DNA from: Amoeboradix gromovi X-113
Lineage: Eukaryota > Fungi > Sanchytriomycota
Direction: 5' to 3'
NCBI GenBank assembly: GCA_018985225.1
Contig: JADGIF010000312.1
Location: 1-11,212 of the forward strand
DNA: 11,212 nt
Below the pieces are notes generated by a model. That model did no database searches. It was given only the letters and a program-made list of their open reading frames with translations, and was not told where the DNA came from. Below are positions 7,141 to 11,212 of the stretch, one piece after another (the stretch's first letter is position 1; the number at the start of each line of letters is the position of its first letter). Both the position numbers and the translations under genes were made by a program.

Positions 7141-9897
7141 ACAAATTCATAATCGTTATCTACGACTTTTCGGGTGATAGTAGCCAAGGCGAGCTAACAG
7201 TAAAGGAAAAAGACGTTTTGTTATCTCTAGATCAAGATAATGATTGGATTTTAGCAATTCCAGTTAATGCTCTAATAGATAATTTACATATATTATCTTT
7301 ATCTGGCACAATGGATGAGAAACTCGAAAAAGTGAAATCCTTGGGAGGAATTGTTCCTGCTTCTTATGTCACTCATTATAGTGGTGATGTGGGATACAGC
7401 TGTCATGATTATACACCCCAAGATGCTGATGAATTACAATTAACACAGAACGAGTCCCTTCAGCTTTTTCCTACTTCAGACGTTGACTGGTCGATAGCTA
7501 TCAAAAATAATAAGATCGGGCTCGTCCCAAAGACTTATGTGGCTTTAGGTAACCCAGCACCTGTGCCTAAGTTTTTTGAACAGCAATCTGATAAGTCTGA
7601 TGACATATTCATGGCGGTTATGGATACGGCTCCGATGAATATCAAATATCATCAAGCAGTCCATATTCCTAATTCAGCTTCTTCTCGCAAACAAGGAACT
7701 GAAGGGGCACTGGGCATCTCAAATTCTTTTATCTTGTTTGTCAATCTCAAAGTTCTTACCATTTATAAACAGTTTCCATTGGATTCTTCTGTCATAAAAT
7801 CTAATTCCAAAACGGTTCAAATCCAAGATGCATTTTTCAAACTTAATTCTTCCAAATCTGTTGATGAACTCTTTTCTACGTTAGAGGACGCCAAATCTGG
7901 TAAGTCTGTAGAGCGTGATTTAGTCAAGGAAACGCTGCCAAGTCAATCTAACAGCTCTGATTCTATCAATAAAGCCAGTATTAAAGTGCTTCATGACACT
8001 GTTCAAAAGACTGCTAGTGGTACGACAAAATCTAACCCTGCCCCTACTACTCCGCAGTATGCCACTGCTTTATTCCAGTTTATAGCTCAAGATAAAGATG
8101 AGTTATCAATTGAACCGAACCAATTTCTATTAACTTTCAACATGCAGGATGACTGGGTTGAAGCCCAACTACTATCTGATGATAACACACCTGTTAAGGA
8201 TAAGCGCGGCTATGTTCCTTTTAATTTCCTTCAGAAGCTGGAAAAAGCACCTGCACCTCGTATTAGCCCTCCTGTGATCCCTGTTAGGTCCCCAATTAAG
8301 CAAATTCCTGTTCACGACGAGCATCGATTGCCACCCAGAACTGAAGAAGAATTAAAGCCTGTAAATCTTATGCCAAGGAGTGAATCAATTCCGCCAGCTC
8401 AACATTTGCCTGTTAAAGTATCGCCTGAACAACTAGTTAAAGCGCAACCCGTTAAAATTCCCGCTAGAGCGGATCCTGTTCCTCAGCTACCAGTGCGGCA
8501 GTCTGAACACAAAGCAGAGAATAAGTTGGAGATAAAGCCAGAACGATTAGAGTCACAGGTAGAACCAGTTGAAACAAAACCTTCAGCACCTCGCTTACCT
8601 AGCAGATCGCCGATAAATAAACCGCAATTGCCCAGCCGTCCTCCAATTCCATCGCGCGATAATAATCGCCAGTTGCCGCCCCGTAGCAACAACAAACCTA
8701 TAGATTCAGAACTACAGTCATCTCCTACCTCTGTCCCAAACCCAAATAACATTAGAACCTGGAAGGATAAATCTGGTGGTTTTAGCGTGGCAGCTGAGTA
8801 TTTGGGTGTTTTTGATGGCAAAGTGTGTTTGTTTAAATCAAATGGTGTCAAAATAGGTGTTCCTCTCTCTAAGTTATGCCGTGAAGATGTTGAATTTGTA
8901 AACAATCAAAATAGACCTAAAGAAAATACTGTTAATACTGCAGTAGATGAGGGAATTATAAAATATCTAACGAGTTGTGGTATTGACAATGCCACCTGTT
9001 TATCTTATGCTTCCATATTCGAGAAAGAACGATTAGATCTAGAATTATTGAAAGAATTAAATAAGCAAGACCTGAGGGATTTAGGAATTGCACAAGGCGA
9101 TGTAATCAGAATACTGAAACAGCAGCAGAGCACAATTAGTGATGACAGATTATCAGAATACTTTAACTCTAAAATTGCTACAAACACTGAGCCAAGACCA
9201 AAAAAGAGTCCTGTGTCAGCAAACGATAATTTTAACTCACTAAGGATACAATCCACGAATCAGCAGCAGAATCAGCAGCAAAAGCAGCAGCAAATTCAGC
9301 AGCACCCACAGCAGTCTACTCAACTGCAGGATACCATAATAACTAAACAGCGTGATCCTATTCCTCCCAAAATCATACAGCGACAGGTTACTCGTTCAAA
9401 CTCTAACACAGAAAACTCAATCGTACCTCAAGATAGTATTAGCCAAGTAGAACATATTTCGAACAGTAAAAGCATGAACAACATATCCCAGCAGCATTAT
9501 TATAACCCTGGATTAGCCAACATACAGAGGCAGCAACAAATTCGAGGAAATCAGCCTTTAGTGGCTCAACCCGTTTATCAACAGCCTATGCAGCAACAAC
9601 AGCGATTGACTGCAATGCAGCAGCCCATGCAGCAAATCCAAATGGGATATCAAATTGGACAGCAAGGGCAGCAGTTGGGGCAACAAATGGGCGTAAGTAA
9701 TCAGCGCTTCGTGCAGGGATATATGGCCATGCAACCCGGACCACAGGTGTTTCCGCAAGGGCCGCAGCAGGGATTTATACCAAGTATTTTTTGTTAATAT
9801 AGCGCCAAGTGATCCATTTGGAAGGATGCAGGTTAACAGACCATTTGGACAACAAGGAGTATTTGACAATAGATTTAGCAATAAAAAAAGAGAATAA
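7134..9897 (+). CDS. SLA1: Endocytic/actin cytoskeleton adaptor Sla1; exons 7134-9783 and 9803-9897 (914 aa)
   Basis: SH3-SH3-(PH-like)-SH3, Pro-rich linker, SHD1 (RTWKDKSGGFSVAAEYLGVFDGKVCLFKSNGVKIGVPLSKL), SHD2/SAM (YASIFEKERLD...LRDLGIAQGDVIRILK) and Q-rich tail. A 19-nt intron adds a terminal exon with DPFG/RPFG, ending TAA TGA. Confidence 0.9.
9784..9802 (+). other. Putative 19-nt spliceosomal intron GTATTTTTTGTTAATATAG
   Basis: Contains the TAA at 9795-9797. Splicing gives FIP-TPSDPFGRMQVNRPFGQQGVFDNRFSNKKRE*. Confidence 0.75.
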
Positions 9898-9959
9898 TGA
9901 GCCCACTGTTCTAAATTTAATAAACAAACATTTACATTTGTAATAACAAAACATAACAT

Positions 9960-10523
9960 TTACTCTTCCATTCTGCGTTTTCGTAACAATTCTAGAGCTT
10001 TCTTTCTTTTATCACTTAAAATTGACTCTTCAGATCTCGTGACAGCTTCATTTGATTCTGAAACAGCTTTTATATTTTTTGGTATTTCATTCTCATTTTT
10101 AGCTTCAATATTTTCACCGTCATATGTAACCATAAAGTCGCTTTTTAAACTCTCTAATGGAGCAGCATCATCAGTGATATCGGCATCGCCATTATCAACC
10201 TCAATGTTGGTTGTCAGAATGCCCATTTCTTCTCTAATTTGTTCAAAATGCCATCCTTTCCATTCTCTTGAGGTGCTAAGCTTGTCAACATCTTTACAAA
10301 AGTCTTCATATCTCATTCCAGGATATATAGAATGGGCCCACATTTGGTGTATTTTGATAAACTCATCCAAATAATCCAATCCAGAATATGGTATATCTTG
10401 CACATGGCTATGCAGCTCCAGTAAAGGTTCCCTCAGATTATCCAGCTTCACTCTTGGCTTTTGTATTCTTACTTTTTCTTCTTTTACAGGCGCCAATGGA
10501 TCAAATATCGGATCTTCATTCAT
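9960..10523 (-). CDS. CSM3: Replication fork protection complex subunit Csm3/Swi3/TIPIN
   Basis: Swi3 domain motifs KPRVKLD...IHQMWAHSIYPGMRYEDFCKDVDKL, acidic linker, C-terminal KRKKALELLRKRR helix. Confidence 0.85.
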   Translation of the reverse strand: MNEDPIFDPLAPVKEEKVRIQKPRVKLDNLREPLLELHSHVQDIPYSGLDYLDEFIKIHQMWAHSIYPGMRYEDFCKDVDKLSTSREWKGWHFEQIREEMGILTTNIEVDNGDADITDDAAPLESLKSDFMVTYDGENIEAKNENEIPKNIKAVSESNEAVTRSEESILSDKRKKALELLRKRRMEE

Positions 10524-10534
10524 CTTTCAAGGAG

Positions 10535-10978
10535 ATGACAAAATGCAGAGCTTGCGATTCTTTTAAAGACATGAGTGTTGGTATCTCTAAAGAATCCAAA
10601 TCCGCATCAGAAAGTAGTACGTTAGCTATCACAAGTGTAGGACTTCAGAATTTGACTTGCCCGCCATCTAAAGAAACACTTGGAAATGCATCTTGGTTGT
10701 TTCTGCATACCATGGCATCTTATTTACCTGATAGACCATCTGAGAAAGTTAGAGCTCGTGTGGATAGATTTATAACTGATTTTGCAGAATTATATCCTTG
10801 CCGCTATTGTGGCGAACACATGTCAAACTACATTTCCGAAAACCCAATAACGTCAAATAGTAATAAGGAGGTTGCTGAATGGACTTGCAGGTTGCACAAT
10901 GAAGTTAATGATTTGGTAGGGAAAAAACGGTTTGATTGTAGTAAGATTTTGGAACACTATCGGTATGGCTGCCAATAA
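10535..10978 (+). CDS. ERV1: FAD-linked sulfhydryl oxidase Erv1/ALR (147 aa)
   Basis: N-terminal shuttle CRAC, CPP...LGNASWLFLHTMA, redox YPCRYC and CX16C (WTCRLHNEVN...FDCS). The true start is most likely the ATG at 10535, not 10388. Confidence 0.92.
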   Translation: MTKCRACDSFKDMSVGISKESKSASESSTLAITSVGLQNLTCPPSKETLGNASWLFLHTMASYLPDRPSEKVRARVDRFITDFAELYPCRYCGEHMSNYISENPITSNSNKEVAEWTCRLHNEVNDLVGKKRFDCSKILEHYRYGCQ

Positions 10979-11094
10979 ATAATGCCATTCTAGACAAACT
11001 CTAAGTTTTCTAGACATGTCCGGGTGCAAGTTCATTAAGAAAATCAACTTTTTACTTGTTCTGCTTGCAATGACTTGTGCCATGTGTCTTAGAT

Positions 11095-11212
11095 GGGACA
11101 CCAAATATAAAAACTAGCCTAACTCGTTTTTAAAGAAGGTGCACCATACGGAGGAAATACTATCATTAATAAAAGATCTTCTATTATACCAATTTTCTTT
11201 CATTGATTGTAT
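11095..11212 (-). mobile_element. Right end of a second, inverted copy of the Fanzor-associated TIR element (continues beyond window)
   Basis: Revcomp aligns to 7011-7123 with 4 substitutions and 3 short indels, including the TIR GGGACACCAAATATAAAAACTAG at 11095. Confidence 0.88.

Noticed and set aside
9259-9320. CAG-rich repeats
   Set aside because: Coding polyglutamine of Sla1, not an array.
10388-10534. Hydrophobic N-terminal extension of ERV1 (Erv2-like signal anchor)
   Set aside because: It is the antisense of the K/E-rich CSM3 start. The CRAC motif directly after ATG 10535 fits Erv1.
2721-11104. Short ORFs 2721, 2991, 3064, 4827, 8483, 9005, 9558, 10039 and 10853
   Set aside because: Antisense to well-supported genes, with no recognisable motifs.

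Overview
AT-rich, very compact eukaryotic window, most likely from an early-diverging zoosporic fungus (inferred from fungal SLA1 plus a CEP76/CC2D2A-like basal-body gene). Left to right: a frameshifted Crinkler/STAND-type NTPase gene running off the left edge, whose main ~355-codon frame the ORF track missed; a RasGAP; an EF-hand plus CEP76/CC2D2A-like gene; a 478-bp TIR element; SLA1; CSM3/SWI3; ERV1; and the end of a second, inverted copy of the TIR element. Two signals stand out. (1) The TIR element carries a decayed Fanzor/TnpB C-terminus (YYTSK...CxxC...RD) followed by a conserved terminal hairpin, so it is a candidate Fanzor 'ghost'/omegaRNA locus, with a second copy 4 kb away. (2) Three ORFs end at a stop inside a 19-20 nt GTA...TWAYATAG segment whose removal extends the protein in frame, suggesting ultra-short spliceosomal introns. 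All homology calls are motif recognition by eye; no searches were run.
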